A DNA stretch of 55,996 nt from Eubacteriales bacterium (GCA_045631845.1 JAZQVM010000024.1:1-55996), one strand, 5' to 3'. Positions 9,113 to 18,478 are shown, numbered from the stretch's first letter. The notes: generated by a model not told the origin, from the letters alone. Translations and numbers: made by a program.

Positions 9113-9187
9113 GGTGACTCACCGGGGACTCGAACCCCGGACCCTTTGATTAAAAGTCAAATGCTCTACCACCTGAGCTAGTGAGTC
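9112..9187 (-). tRNA. tRNA-Lys (anticodon TTT)
   Basis: Reverse complement GACTCACTAGCTCAGGTGGTAGAGCA-TTTGA-CTTTTAA-TCAAA-GGGTCCGGGGTTCGAGTCCCCGGTGAGTCACCA; 76 nt. Confidence 0.96.
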
Positions 9188-9201
9188 ATTTGCGCCTAAA
9201 T

Positions 9202-9230
9202 AGTATAGCAAAACATCAAAGGATTGTCAA
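9202..9230 (-). promoter_or_regulatory. SigA promoter of tRNA-Lys
   Basis: TTGACA (9225-9230), 17 nt, TATACT (9202-9207) with extended TG. Confidence 0.75.
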
Positions 9231-9253
9231 GCCTTGATTTATTTTTCTTTTAT

Positions 9254-10210
9254 TTATTTTGTATTTTGAATGGCGGCAATCGCCGTGGCTTTATAAATGG
9301 CGTCCCGATGCTTGGCCTGACGGATCAGGTCAACCATCTCTTTTTTGCTGATCAGTTTCACCTCATCCACCTCGCCCGCCTGCAATACGCACGCCTGCGC
9401 CCGCACGGAAGCCTTGGCAAACCATAGCTCCACAAAACTGCGCTTGCGTTTGAGCCGAGCCGACAACTGTAGTTGGTCGGGAGTAAGGGTAACGCCGATT
9501 TCTTCAGCGGTTTCCCGTATGGCCGCCTGTCGTCCGTCCTCACCGGCCTTGGCCGCTCCGCCCGTAATATCCCAGATACCGGGTAGTACATCCTTTTCCT
9601 GTGAGCGCTTTTGCACTAAGAACCGCCCATCGGGGGTATGCAGGAAAATATGTACCGCCAGCATATAGTCACCCGAGCGCAGGGAACGGTACTGGTCACG
9701 GCTGGCATACCGCCCTGTAGGCTCACCCAACTCATCCCGTAAATCCCATATTTCATGGGTGATCTTATGCCCGTGGGATTGCATGGGAACGATCTTTCGG
9801 CCATCCTTTTCTTGAATAGAATCTCCCTCAAAGCCGCAGTCATGGAACAACTCGCAGTCATATAGAGCCACATCGGCCGTCAGATCGGAGTGAATGGTGC
9901 GTAAATAATCCAACAACAACGGAGCGGCATCGCCGCGCCGATAGCGGGACTCCAAACAGAAATACAGAATATGTCTCTGTTCCATCAGGCAACAACCGAT
10001 GAGCCGTTCCCCGTCAAAGATGCCAAACAGCCGCACTTGCCCCTGTTCAATTTTCTTGTGCCACTCCTTGTCCTGCGACAGGTTGCGCAACAACGAGTTG
10101 CGACCCGCACGGGCTTGCAAGGGGGCTTCTTGTTTTTGGAAAGAGCGCCGAAGTAAAGACAGGGCTTCGCCTGCCCGATTCTCGGCACATTCGCCTACTG
10201 TTATATTCAT
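9254..10210 (-). CDS. GNAT-like acetyltransferase / NUDIX hydrolase fusion
   Basis: C-terminal Nudix box GGAAKAGEDGRQAAIRETAEEIG with QKRS.EK..PG.WD; N-terminal GNAT-like segment (LFGIFDGERLIG...HILYFCLESRYRRG); start at MNITV inferred. Confidence 0.75.
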   Translation of the reverse strand: MNITVGECAENRAGEALSLLRRSFQKQEAPLQARAGRNSLLRNLSQDKEWHKKIEQGQVRLFGIFDGERLIGCCLMEQRHILYFCLESRYRRGDAAPLLLDYLRTIHSDLTADVALYDCELFHDCGFEGDSIQEKDGRKIVPMQSHGHKITHEIWDLRDELGEPTGRYASRDQYRSLRSGDYMLAVHIFLHTPDGRFLVQKRSQEKDVLPGIWDITGGAAKAGEDGRQAAIRETAEEIGVTLTPDQLQLSARLKRKRSFVELWFAKASVRAQACVLQAGEVDEVKLISKKEMVDLIRQAKHRDAIYKATAIAAIQNTK

Positions 10211-10313
10211 ATAAGGCTCCGTAATAGTGGTCTTTTTGACAGTATACCACAAAAAGTTCTCGGTATAAAGCCCCTTTCTAAAGAATATTATGAAATGAAA
10301 GGAGGCGGAAACG

Positions 10314-10598
10314 ATGAATGACGAGCAAAACCGATCCGCAAAATTACATAATATTATTCTGGAAGGACGAACCGCCCTCTCGGCGTCAGGGGTAGAAGAT
10401 GTAGACAGTTTTGATGAGAATTCGGTGAGTATCTTCACCGGCATGGGTCTCTTGACCATTCGGGGCGAGCAACTGCACATCAATAAATTCTCCATCGAAA
10501 CGGGCGAACTGGCACTGGAGGGGAATATCTACTCCTTGTCCTATACGGATGATTTAGGTAAAAAAGGCGGCGGCTTTTTCTCCAAGGTGTTTCGATAA
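10314..10598 (+). CDS. yabP: Sporulation protein YabP
   Basis: SGVEDVDSFDE, LTIRGEQLHI, EGNIYSLSY; synteny with yabQ/divIC. Confidence 0.93.
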   Translation: MNDEQNRSAKLHNIILEGRTALSASGVEDVDSFDENSVSIFTGMGLLTIRGEQLHINKFSIETGELALEGNIYSLSYTDDLGKKGGGFFSKVFR

Positions 10599-10601
10599 TC
10601 G

Positions 10602-11120
10602 ATGGAACTGGTTTTAACCGAGGAACTTGCCGTTGTCGGATATGCCGCCTTGTTTGGGGTAGGCGTGGGCATTCTGTATGATGTCTTTCGGGTGCTGCGT
10701 CTGCTTTTCCGTCCGTCGGCGGTCGCCGTTTTTGTGGAAGATCTGCTCTTCTTTTTCATTACGGCAGCCCTGACCGGTATGTTTATCTTCACCTTTCATT
10801 CGGGTGTTATCCGCCTTTATATTTTTGTCAGTGCGGTGGCCGGTGCCGCATTGTGGTACATGACTTTGGGACGAATTTGCTACCGGCTGTGGCGCGGGGT
10901 GGCCGATAAGATCCGGCGATTTTTTGCGGTATTATCGGCACCGCTGCGTAAAAGTATGGCAAAATTCAGGAAGAAAATGAATCAAATGCGGCAAAAAAAT
11001 CAAAAAAAAGAGGCAAAAAAAGAGAAAAAACTCTTCCATTTTCGCAAAAAACATACTATAATAGAAGAGTCGAAGTATGCTTACGTACAAAAAGAAAGGA
11101 TGAATCGGCGTGAAAGTTAA
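10602..11120 (+). CDS. yabQ: Spore cortex biosynthesis protein YabQ
   Basis: GILYDVFRVLR, EDLLFF and G.IRLY motifs; follows yabP. Confidence 0.88.
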   Translation: MELVLTEELAVVGYAALFGVGVGILYDVFRVLRLLFRPSAVAVFVEDLLFFFITAALTGMFIFTFHSGVIRLYIFVSAVAGAALWYMTLGRICYRLWRGVADKIRRFFAVLSAPLRKSMAKFRKKMNQMRQKNQKKEAKKEKKLFHFRKKHTIIEESKYAYVQKERMNRRES

Positions 11121-11397
11121 GAAACTAACATGGCAGCATGGCGCTATGATTGCGATCCTCGTTGTAGGTTTGGTTATGGTCGTCGGTATTCTTTCTAATC
11201 ATATTAAGCAAAGCCAAGCCAAGGCAGAGATTCATCAATATGAGCAGATGATTGAGCAGCAAACCGATGAGAATGCGGAGCTGAAAGATGTCATCAGCAG
11301 CGGCGATATTCAGGAATATGCCGCCGGCATCGCTCGTGATCAGTTGGGCTACGGCGAGAGCGACGAAAAGATATATGTGAATATCACCGGCAAATAA
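11110..11397 (+). CDS. divIC: Septum formation initiator (DivIC/FtsB-like)
   Basis: TM + coiled coil + IARDQLGY...EKIY; yabP-yabQ-divIC synteny. Confidence 0.8.
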   Translation: MKVKKLTWQHGAMIAILVVGLVMVVGILSNHIKQSQAKAEIHQYEQMIEQQTDENAELKDVISSGDIQEYAAGIARDQLGYGESDEKIYVNITGK

Positions 11398-11403
11398 GAA
11401 TGT

Positions 11404-11434
11404 TCCTCAGATCTTCGGGTCTGAGGATTTTTTT
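11404..11434 (+). terminator. Intrinsic terminator
   Basis: TCCTCAGA-TCTTCGGG-TCTGAGGA followed by a T tract. Confidence 0.7.
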
Positions 11435-11490
11435 ATTTCCATTTTTGCAAAAGTGTGGTATACTAATAAAAAAGAGTTGCGGAGGCTATT

Positions 11491-12405
11491 ATGATATACG
11501 ATCTGTTAATTATCGGTGCCGGCCCTGCCGGCCTTACCGCCGGCATTTATGCCGGCCGTGCGGGGCTGAGCACCCTCATGATCGAGTCGCTGTTCCCCGG
11601 TGGACAAGCGGCGACCACCTATGAGGTGGCCAACTACCCCGGATTTGTCAATATTACCGGCCCTGATCTGACGGCCAAGATGGCCGAGCAGGCCACAAGC
11701 TGTGGGGCGGAAATGGCCTATGATGAAATCACGGGCGTGGATTTTTCGGGTGATGTAAAGACCGTCTTTGCCGGTGAGCGCACCTATCAGGGGCGCAGTG
11801 TCATCATTGCCAGCGGTGCCAAGAAGCGGCAGTTGGACATCCCCGGTGAGGCCGAATTGATGGGGAGCGGCGTGTCCTATTGCGCCACTTGTGACGGCGG
11901 ATTTTTCAAGGGGCAGACGGTGGCCGTTGTCGGCGGCGGCAATACGGCGCTGGAAGATGCGCTCTATTTGGCGAATTTGTGCCAAAAGGTATATTTGGTG
12001 CACCGCAGAAATGCCTTCCGTGGCGTAGCGGCGTTGGAAAAGCAGGTGCGTGCCAAGGCTAACATCGAACTGGTGCTGTCCCATATCCCTGTCCGTGTCG
12101 AGGGTAAAATGCAGGTGGAGGGCTTGACGGTAGCATCGGTGGCTGACAAAACCGAGCGTACCCTTGCAGTATCCGGTGTATTTGTAGCGGTCGGTACCCT
12201 GCCTGCTACGGCGGCGGTGGCCGATGCGGTAGCACTGGCTGACGGCTATATCGATGCAGGGGAGGACTGCAAGACCAATGTGGCGGGCGTGTTCGCCGCC
12301 GGCGATGTGCGCCGCAGTCCCATTAAACAGATTGTAACGGCTTGTGCCGACGGCGCCGTAGCGGCCACAGCGGCGGTAGCCTATCTTGAGGAAAACCCCG
12401 CATGA
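11491..12405 (+). CDS. trxB: Thioredoxin-disulfide reductase
   Basis: IIGAGPAGLTAG, GVSYCATCDG, VGGGNTA and GVFAAGDV motifs. Confidence 0.95.
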   Translation: MIYDLLIIGAGPAGLTAGIYAGRAGLSTLMIESLFPGGQAATTYEVANYPGFVNITGPDLTAKMAEQATSCGAEMAYDEITGVDFSGDVKTVFAGERTYQGRSVIIASGAKKRQLDIPGEAELMGSGVSYCATCDGGFFKGQTVAVVGGGNTALEDALYLANLCQKVYLVHRRNAFRGVAALEKQVRAKANIELVLSHIPVRVEGKMQVEGLTVASVADKTERTLAVSGVFVAVGTLPATAAVADAVALADGYIDAGEDCKTNVAGVFAAGDVRRSPIKQIVTACADGAVAATAAVAYLEENPA

Positions 12406-12782
12406 AAGAGGTAGGTATACTCTTCTTTATTGTGTCGGGTGTTGCGGAAACGGCGGGCGTGTTGCTGTGGTGGTTGATGAAGCGAAAAAGCCGCAAAGGA
12501 ATTACGGCGCAGGCCACAGTATTGGAGCGCATCATGCTTGGCTCGGGAGAGCGGGACACGGTGCTGATTGTGGAGTATCAAAACGGTGAAAGAACAGTAA
12601 AGGCCAAGGTCAATGCCGCCCATGCCGCCTTTGATATCGCGCCGGGGGATACCGTAGAGATCGGGTATGATCCCGACCGTGTGGGGGATATTGTACTACG
12701 CACGGTGAAATGTCCCGTATCGGTCTTTGCCGTTGGCGGCATCGCTTTTCTCATGGGACTATTCTTTTACTTTTTGGGGTAA
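12402..12782 (+). CDS. Membrane protein, DUF3592-like
   Basis: TM, OB-like beta region (GDTVEIGYDP), TM. Confidence 0.55.
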   Translation: MKEVGILFFIVSGVAETAGVLLWWLMKRKSRKGITAQATVLERIMLGSGERDTVLIVEYQNGERTVKAKVNAAHAAFDIAPGDTVEIGYDPDRVGDIVLRTVKCPVSVFAVGGIAFLMGLFFYFLG

Positions 12783-12785
12783 ACT

Positions 12786-13475
12786 ATGAAACGATATTGG
12801 AGGGCCGTCTATGTATTGGCGGCATCGCTTCTGATTGTGGGTGTCCTTTACAGTATACTGGAAGGGTTGATGTTCGACCGCCGTTTCTTTGCCGAGCAGT
12901 ATGAGAAATACGGACAGGCGCAGGTGATCGGTATGTCACAGGAAGATCTGATGCGCACCACCGACAAACTGCTCTTGCACATGGAAGGCAAGAGTGAGGA
13001 TATGGCGGTGATAGCTACCGTCCATGGCATCGAGAGGGAAGTTTTTAACGAGCAGGAAACGGTACATATGCAGGACGTCAATCGGCTGATTGTCGGATTT
13101 TCCACCTTTCGGTATATCGCCTTTGGTGTGGCGGGAGCGGCACTGGTGTCCTTCTTCTTTGTCTGCAAACAACAACGGGTGCGGCAGATTTGCAAGATCT
13201 TATTGACGGCCGGCTTGTGTCTGGTGCTGGTGTTTGGTGCGCTGGGCTTGTGGGCGGCTTTGGACTTTTCCTCTTTCTGGACAAGTTTTCATAAACTGCT
13301 CTTTACCAACGATCTGTGGCTGATGGATCCGAATACCAGTATTATGATCAATATGTTTCCGGCGCAGTTTTTCTCCAATTTTATTATGACATTTTTAGGC
13401 CGTGCTGCATGGATGATCGGGTTGCCGATGCTTGTTTGCGGGGCGGTTTTGATACTACGACGCCGCGCGGCGTGA
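12786..13475 (+). CDS. TIGR01906/DUF1461 family integral membrane protein
   Basis: HMQDV, FWTSFHKLLFTNDLWLMDP and MINMFP motifs. Confidence 0.85.
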   Translation: MKRYWRAVYVLAASLLIVGVLYSILEGLMFDRRFFAEQYEKYGQAQVIGMSQEDLMRTTDKLLLHMEGKSEDMAVIATVHGIEREVFNEQETVHMQDVNRLIVGFSTFRYIAFGVAGAALVSFFFVCKQQRVRQICKILLTAGLCLVLVFGALGLWAALDFSSFWTSFHKLLFTNDLWLMDPNTSIMINMFPAQFFSNFIMTFLGRAAWMIGLPMLVCGAVLILRRRAA

Positions 13476-13491
13476 GTTTTAAGGGGGTAAG

Positions 13492-14949
13492 ATGATGGAA
13501 AAGACCTATATTGCCATAGATCTCAAATCGTTTTACGCCAGTGTGGAGTGTGTGGAGCGTGGGCTTGATCCGATGACCACCAATCTGTTGGTGGCCGATG
13601 CGACCAAGACCGAAAAGACCATTTGTTTGGCAGTAAGCCCCACACTAAAAAGTTACGGCATTTCGGGGCGTGCCCGCCTGTTTGAAGCGGTGGAGCAGGT
13701 AAAGGTGGCCAATCAGGCGCGCAAGCAGGCCTTGGGCAGTGAGTTTACGGGATCGTCCTTTGATGATACCGAACTCAAAGCCAATCCGTCCTTGGCGGTG
13801 GATTATATTGCCGCCCCGCCCCGCATGGCCCTGTATCGGCAGTACAGTACCGAGATCGTAAAGATCTATTTTCAGCACGTATCGCCCGAGGATCTGTATG
13901 CTTACAGCATTGACGAAGTGTTCATTGATGCGACGGCCTATCTGCGCCGAAGCGGGTTGACGGCACGGGAATTTGCCCGTAAAATCATTCAGGATGTTTT
14001 GCGACAGACGGGCATTACCGCCACGGCGGGGATTGGTCCGAATATGTACCTATGCAAGGTGGCCTTGGATATTACGGCCAAGCATATTCCCAGCGATGAA
14101 TACGGGGTGCGGATTGCCGAGCTGGATGAAATGTCCTATCGTCGGCAGTTGTGGACACACCCGAAGCTGACCGATTTTTGGATGATCGGCGCCGGCATTT
14201 CCGAGCGGTTAAAGGTGCTGGGGCTTTATACGATGGGCGATATTGCCCGCTGTTCGCTGACCGATGAGGAGAAACTCTATCGGGAATTTGGAAAGAATGC
14301 CCAATATATTATTGATCAGGCATGGGGCTGGGAGCCGGTCGGCATCGCCGATATCAAGGCCTACCGTCCTGAATCAACCAGTGTCAGCTCGGGGCAGGTG
14401 TTGCAACGCCCCTACACGGCTGCCGAGACCCGTATCATCGTGCGGGAAATGGTGGATAGTTTGGTGCTGGGCTTGGTTGAGCAAGGACTGGTGACCGATC
14501 AGATTGTACTGCATATCGGGTACGACATTGAGAATATAACCGGAGTCTATAAGGGGCAGGTGGAGGTGGACCGATACGGGCGCAAGGTGCCTCGCCACGC
14601 CCACGGCACAGCCAATCTGGACGGGTACACCTCGTCCACCAAAGCCATTACTGATAAGACATTGGCGTTATTTGACCGCATTATCAATAAAAAACTGCTC
14701 ATCCGCCGACTGTATGTGACGGCCAATCATTTGCAATCGGAGCAAGAGGTGGCGCAGCAGGTACAGCAGATGACTCTTTTCGAGTCGGCGCAGGCTGAGC
14801 GGGTGTTGGAGCGGGAGCGTAAGATGCAAAAGGCGGTCATTGGTATCAAGAGTAAGTTTGGCCCCAACGCCATTTTGAAGGGTACCAACCTCAAAGAGGG
14901 AGCAACGGCGACCGAGCGCAACCATACGATTGGGGGGCACAAGGCATGA
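13492..14949 (+). CDS. Y-family translesion DNA polymerase (ImpB/UmuC/DinB-like)
   Basis: YIAIDLKSFYASVEC, YSIDEVF and TATAGIG motifs; C-terminal IGGHKA. Confidence 0.92.
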   Translation: MMEKTYIAIDLKSFYASVECVERGLDPMTTNLLVADATKTEKTICLAVSPTLKSYGISGRARLFEAVEQVKVANQARKQALGSEFTGSSFDDTELKANPSLAVDYIAAPPRMALYRQYSTEIVKIYFQHVSPEDLYAYSIDEVFIDATAYLRRSGLTAREFARKIIQDVLRQTGITATAGIGPNMYLCKVALDITAKHIPSDEYGVRIAELDEMSYRRQLWTHPKLTDFWMIGAGISERLKVLGLYTMGDIARCSLTDEEKLYREFGKNAQYIIDQAWGWEPVGIADIKAYRPESTSVSSGQVLQRPYTAAETRIIVREMVDSLVLGLVEQGLVTDQIVLHIGYDIENITGVYKGQVEVDRYGRKVPRHAHGTANLDGYTSSTKAITDKTLALFDRIINKKLLIRRLYVTANHLQSEQEVAQQVQQMTLFESAQAERVLERERKMQKAVIGIKSKFGPNAILKGTNLKEGATATERNHTIGGHKA

Positions 14950-15335
14950 GCGGATTTCCCTATGAGGATATTATCGGGCGGGAGCGTCCCGTGTCTAAAA
15001 AGTATCCGCAGGCCTCGATGGCTGACCGTGCGGCACGGTTTTCACCCTTTGCGGCCATCACCGGCTATGAGGCGATGGTGCAGGAGGCGGCACGGGTGAC
15101 CCAGCCCCGCATCGAACTGGACGAGAATCGCAAGGCGGTACTCGACGAGCGGATACGGGAGTCGGTGGGGCAATCGGTGTGCATCACCTATTTTCAGCCC
15201 GACGAGAGAAAAGAGGGCGGCGCCTATCTGCGGGTGCGAGCCACGCTTTTGCGGATTGACGAGCATCGGCGTTGTCTGTGCTTGGATAACGGACAAGAGA
15301 TTTTGATTGAAAACATATTTGATGTAGAAAAATAA
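14946..15335 (+). CDS. YolD-like protein (UmuD functional analogue)
   Basis: DRAARFSPFAAITGY motif; ATGA overlap with the Y-family polymerase. Confidence 0.85.
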   Translation: MSGFPYEDIIGRERPVSKKYPQASMADRAARFSPFAAITGYEAMVQEAARVTQPRIELDENRKAVLDERIRESVGQSVCITYFQPDERKEGGAYLRVRATLLRIDEHRRCLCLDNGQEILIENIFDVEK

Positions 15336-15361
15336 CGACCTGTCGGCGGACAGGTCGTTTT
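15335..15361. terminator. Bidirectional terminator
   Basis: ACGACCTGTC-GGCG-GACAGGTCGT flanked by A and T tracts. Confidence 0.7.
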
Positions 15362-15584
15362 AGCGTGGATAGGGAAGATCATCGGGAAGATCGAGCAAAT
15401 AATTGGCGGAAACATGAAAGTATTGGCAGATGATGTGAATATCCTCGATGCTCGGCTCATATTTATCGTTTTCAATATAGGATACTTTGCGTTGGGTCAT
15501 TTGCAGTCTTTCACCTAAAACGCCCTGTGAGATTTCCTGCTCCTCACGCAATCGACGGATTTTTTCTCCGAAGGTCATTGACAA
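15360..15584 (-). CDS. Small XRE family HTH regulator
   Basis: FGEKIRRLREE..ISQ..LGERL.MTQRKVSYIEN..YEP; FHVSANYLL. Confidence 0.88.
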   Translation of the reverse strand: MSMTFGEKIRRLREEQEISQGVLGERLQMTQRKVSYIENDKYEPSIEDIHIICQYFHVSANYLLDLPDDLPYPR

Positions 15585-15618
15585 ACTCTCCTGTATACAT
15601 AGTACATATAGTTTACAC

Positions 15619-15664
15619 TAGATAGAAACTTTCTATTGACAAATAGACGGAAAATGTCTAAAAT
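15619..15664 (+). promoter_or_regulatory. Promoter with two 17-bp TAGA...TCTA palindromic operator candidates
   Basis: TAGATAGAAACTTTCTA (15619-15635) and TAGACGGAAAATGTCTA (15644-15660) flank TTGACA (15636-15641); -10 TAAAAT at 15659-15664. Confidence 0.62.
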
Positions 15665-15698
15665 ACTAATATATATTTATATTTTGGGAGGATATGTT

Positions 15699-16079
15699 AT
15701 GTTTTGCAGTAAATGTGGTTTTGAGCTCAATGTGTCCAGTTCTTTCTGTCCGCAATGTGGTGAGCGTTTGGATGGGGAAGTGCCAGTATCGATTCGTTTA
15801 TCTATGGATGATTTTCTTGCTATGAGTACAGATTATCAAGAAAAGAAGGACGAAATAAAAAAGAGAAATGATAGAGCGGGACTATTAATTGTAGGCGGTA
15901 GTGTGTTTGGCGCATTGTGTCTTATTTTGGCGGTTGTATTGTTATGGTTACCGCTGTTAGTAATAGGTGTTGCGGGAGCGGCTAGTTTTATCGTAATTTG
16001 GAATAAAATATCACATAAACTTGAGCGTGAATTGCATGATTATGGTGCTCAGTTATATAGAGAGTATTTGAAAAAATAA
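15699..16079 (+). CDS. Zinc-ribbon domain membrane protein
   Basis: MFCSKCG...FCPQCG followed by two TM segments; RBS GGAGG. Confidence 0.8.
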   Translation: MFCSKCGFELNVSSSFCPQCGERLDGEVPVSIRLSMDDFLAMSTDYQEKKDEIKKRNDRAGLLIVGGSVFGALCLILAVVLLWLPLLVIGVAGAASFIVIWNKISHKLERELHDYGAQLYREYLKK

Positions 16080-16130
16080 TTATAAAAAACATCAAAAGGA
16101 TATCAAAATCAAATTGAAGATCATTGTAGG

Positions 16131-17240
16131 ATGTTAGGAGCAGTATACGATAACTCCTTGATTGCAAATTCTGCGGCCAGTCATGCGGCTTACAATATTC
16201 AAGCCTTGTATGGTGAGGAATATGCAGGAAGATTATGCGCCGCATCAGAAACTGCGTTTAGAGAGTATTTTAATAAGAATTTGCCAAAAAAAGCTATTTC
16301 AAAAACAGTGGCGCCATATGCTATAACGGTTGCATTTACTAAATTTATAATCCCAGAAGATTTTAAGACAATACATAATATGTCATTGATATATGCGATG
16401 GATGAGGTTTCGTCAACGGCCTATGATGCGTTTTTATCGCTGAAATATAACAATGATTTTAGTTTTTCATCGTTAAATGATTTGCGGCTGTCAGCCATTA
16501 TGGCATTGGTGGCATCTAGACATGCATACTCTTCTATATGGGATGGGAATCATGAGAAGATATCAAAGATTGACACGATACTTGCAAAGTTGTATCTTGC
16601 AGCAAATTCTGTTGACTGTGACAGTGTTGATTACTATGCGGAGAAATGCAGTGAATTAAATAATCTTGTATCGTACTTGACAGATAGGGAACTCTATATT
16701 GAGGACTACCTGGGGATGACGGTAAATGAATTTGCTGACATATGGGGAAACGATTATGAATTTTTCTATCACATGGATGCAGGAATAGCGCTATATTATG
16801 AAGATGATCGATTACCATTTGGTGTAACAGTGAACTTTCGATTCCATTCAAAGGATGAATATAATCGTTTTATGCATGATATTAACGAGGAAAAATTTTA
16901 CCTTTCTGGAAATGAACTAATTACCAATATATCATCAAAATATTCTAGCGAACCTCTTTTAATGACGCAAGGACAGCTTACCCCGCACGAAACATTGGAT
17001 AATATAACGGCAGTGTTGGGTGAGGGTAGCCATTTTATAGGGCCGCAGTCCCCAGCTACACAAGGATATACCTTTGAAAAAAATGGCTTTTTTTATGAAT
17101 TTATTTGGGATGCGGAGATGGACGAAAACACCTATCAGTGGCTCAAGCCGGATATGATAAATACAAAATCCGTAGGCTGTGCCATTTCTTTAGGTTATGA
17201 TAAGTACCCTTATCTGTATAACAATGAGGCTCAAGAATAA
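16131..17240 (+). CDS. Hypothetical AT-rich protein, probably 5'-truncated
   Basis: 369-codon ORF, open from 16086 with no convincing RBS or start; AT-rich relative to the backbone. Confidence 0.5.
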   Translation: MLGAVYDNSLIANSAASHAAYNIQALYGEEYAGRLCAASETAFREYFNKNLPKKAISKTVAPYAITVAFTKFIIPEDFKTIHNMSLIYAMDEVSSTAYDAFLSLKYNNDFSFSSLNDLRLSAIMALVASRHAYSSIWDGNHEKISKIDTILAKLYLAANSVDCDSVDYYAEKCSELNNLVSYLTDRELYIEDYLGMTVNEFADIWGNDYEFFYHMDAGIALYYEDDRLPFGVTVNFRFHSKDEYNRFMHDINEEKFYLSGNELITNISSKYSSEPLLMTQGQLTPHETLDNITAVLGEGSHFIGPQSPATQGYTFEKNGFFYEFIWDAEMDENTYQWLKPDMINTKSVGCAISLGYDKYPYLYNNEAQE

Positions 17241-17259
17241 ATACAAGTGTGAGTGTATG

Positions 17260-17296
17260 AAAAGGGCAGTTGCGTTTTTACGCAACTGCCTTTTTC
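17260..17296. terminator. Bidirectional terminator
   Basis: AAAAGGGCAGTTGCG-TTTTTA-CGCAACTGCCTTTTT. Confidence 0.7.
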
Positions 17297-17485
17297 TATT
17301 CGGTCATTTCAGAAGAGAGGACGGTGGCCAGGATGGAGGTCGGGCGGATGTCTTGCTCGATGGCAATGTTATCGGATGTGACCGGGGTGTCCGATTTGAA
17401 GATCGTGGCATATGGATATTCCAGTGCATGGACGGATTGCTACGGTATTACCGATATGATCGTACAACGAACCACAAAATAAGCA

Positions 17486-17515
17486 TAACGGTCTACTCAC
17501 AGAGTAGACCGTTAT
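17486..17515 (-). terminator. Terminator of spo0A
   Basis: ATAACGGTCTACT-CACAG-AGTAGACCGTTAT immediately after the spo0A stop. Confidence 0.7.
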
Positions 17516-17516
17516 T

Positions 17517-18281
17517 TTATGCGGATTTCAGGGAGAGGCGGAGTTTGTCGGCGATCATGGCGATAAATTCGGAGTTGGTGGGTTTGCCTTTGGCGGTGTT
17601 GATGCTGTAACCGAACAGGCTGTGGAGGGTATCGATATTGCCCCGATCCCACGCCACCTCAATGGCGTGGCGGATGGCGCGCTCAACACGGGAGGGAGTG
17701 GTGCCGTACTGCTCGGCAATGGTGGGATATAAAATTTTGGTGACACCCGACATCATGGAAATATCATTGACTGCCATCATAATGGCCGAGCGCAGATAGC
17801 GGTAGCCTTTGATATGGGCGGGGATGCCGACATCTAAAATCACCTCGGTAATGCGTACCTCTAACTTGGCGGGATCGATGTGTCCCGTCTTGTCGGCGTC
17901 AGCGCAGGGAGCGGCGCATTGGATGATGCGCTCGCACATGGCCTGCACATCAAAGGGTTTGAGAATAAAGTAGGAGACGCCGCTTTGTGCGGCATCCCGC
18001 ATGACGTCGTTGCTGGTAAAGGAGGTTAGCACGATAAAGGCGGGCGGGTTTTGCAAATGTAATTTCTCGGTTTGACGAATGACCTGAAAGCCATCCAATG
18101 AGGGCAAGGCCAGATCTAAGATGACAACCTGCGGCTGATGCTTTTCGATGCTCTGCAACAATCGACCGCCGTCGGTCTCGGTTGCGCAGACGTCAAATCC
18201 CTTGTCCCGCAACAACTGCGCCGTCCGATCGCAAAACTCCTGACCGGCATCGGCGATTATGACTTTTATCGGGTTTTCCAT
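17517..18281 (-). CDS. spo0A: Sporulation master regulator Spo0A
   Basis: Receiver domain plus [37 protein letters not shown] and [17 protein letters not shown]. Confidence 0.98.
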   Translation of the reverse strand: MENPIKVIIADAGQEFCDRTAQLLRDKGFDVCATETDGGRLLQSIEKHQPQVVILDLALPSLDGFQVIRQTEKLHLQNPPAFIVLTSFTSNDVMRDAAQSGVSYFILKPFDVQAMCERIIQCAAPCADADKTGHIDPAKLEVRITEVILDVGIPAHIKGYRYLRSAIMMAVNDISMMSGVTKILYPTIAEQYGTTPSRVERAIRHAIEVAWDRGNIDTLHSLFGYSINTAKGKPTNSEFIAMIADKLRLSLKSA

Positions 18282-18316
18282 GATGGTTCCTCCAAAATTT
18301 CTTAATTTATGAAAGG

Positions 18317-18345
18317 ATTATACAACATACTGGAAAATTTTTCAA
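18317..18345 (-). promoter_or_regulatory. SigA-type promoter of spo0A
   Basis: TTGAAA (18340-18345), 17 nt, TATAAT (18317-18322). Confidence 0.65.
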
Positions 18346-18444
18346 GTACAAAATTAGAAAAAATTGGAAAAAATGGAAAAATCTTTTTGTCGCATAAGGC
18401 AGAGAAAAGGCCGGTAATGTCGGGTTTGTGGGGAAAGGATAGGA

Positions 18445-18478
18445 AAATGCCGCATCCGGTCGTTGGATGCGGCATTTC
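18445..18478 (-). terminator. Terminator downstream of the 436-aa inserted gene
   Basis: AAATGCCGCATCC-GGTCGTT-GGATGCGGCATTT. Confidence 0.7.

Noticed and set aside
10211-10495. Upstream extension of the NUDIX ORF to 413 aa
   Set aside because: Antisense to yabP and spans the divergent promoter region.
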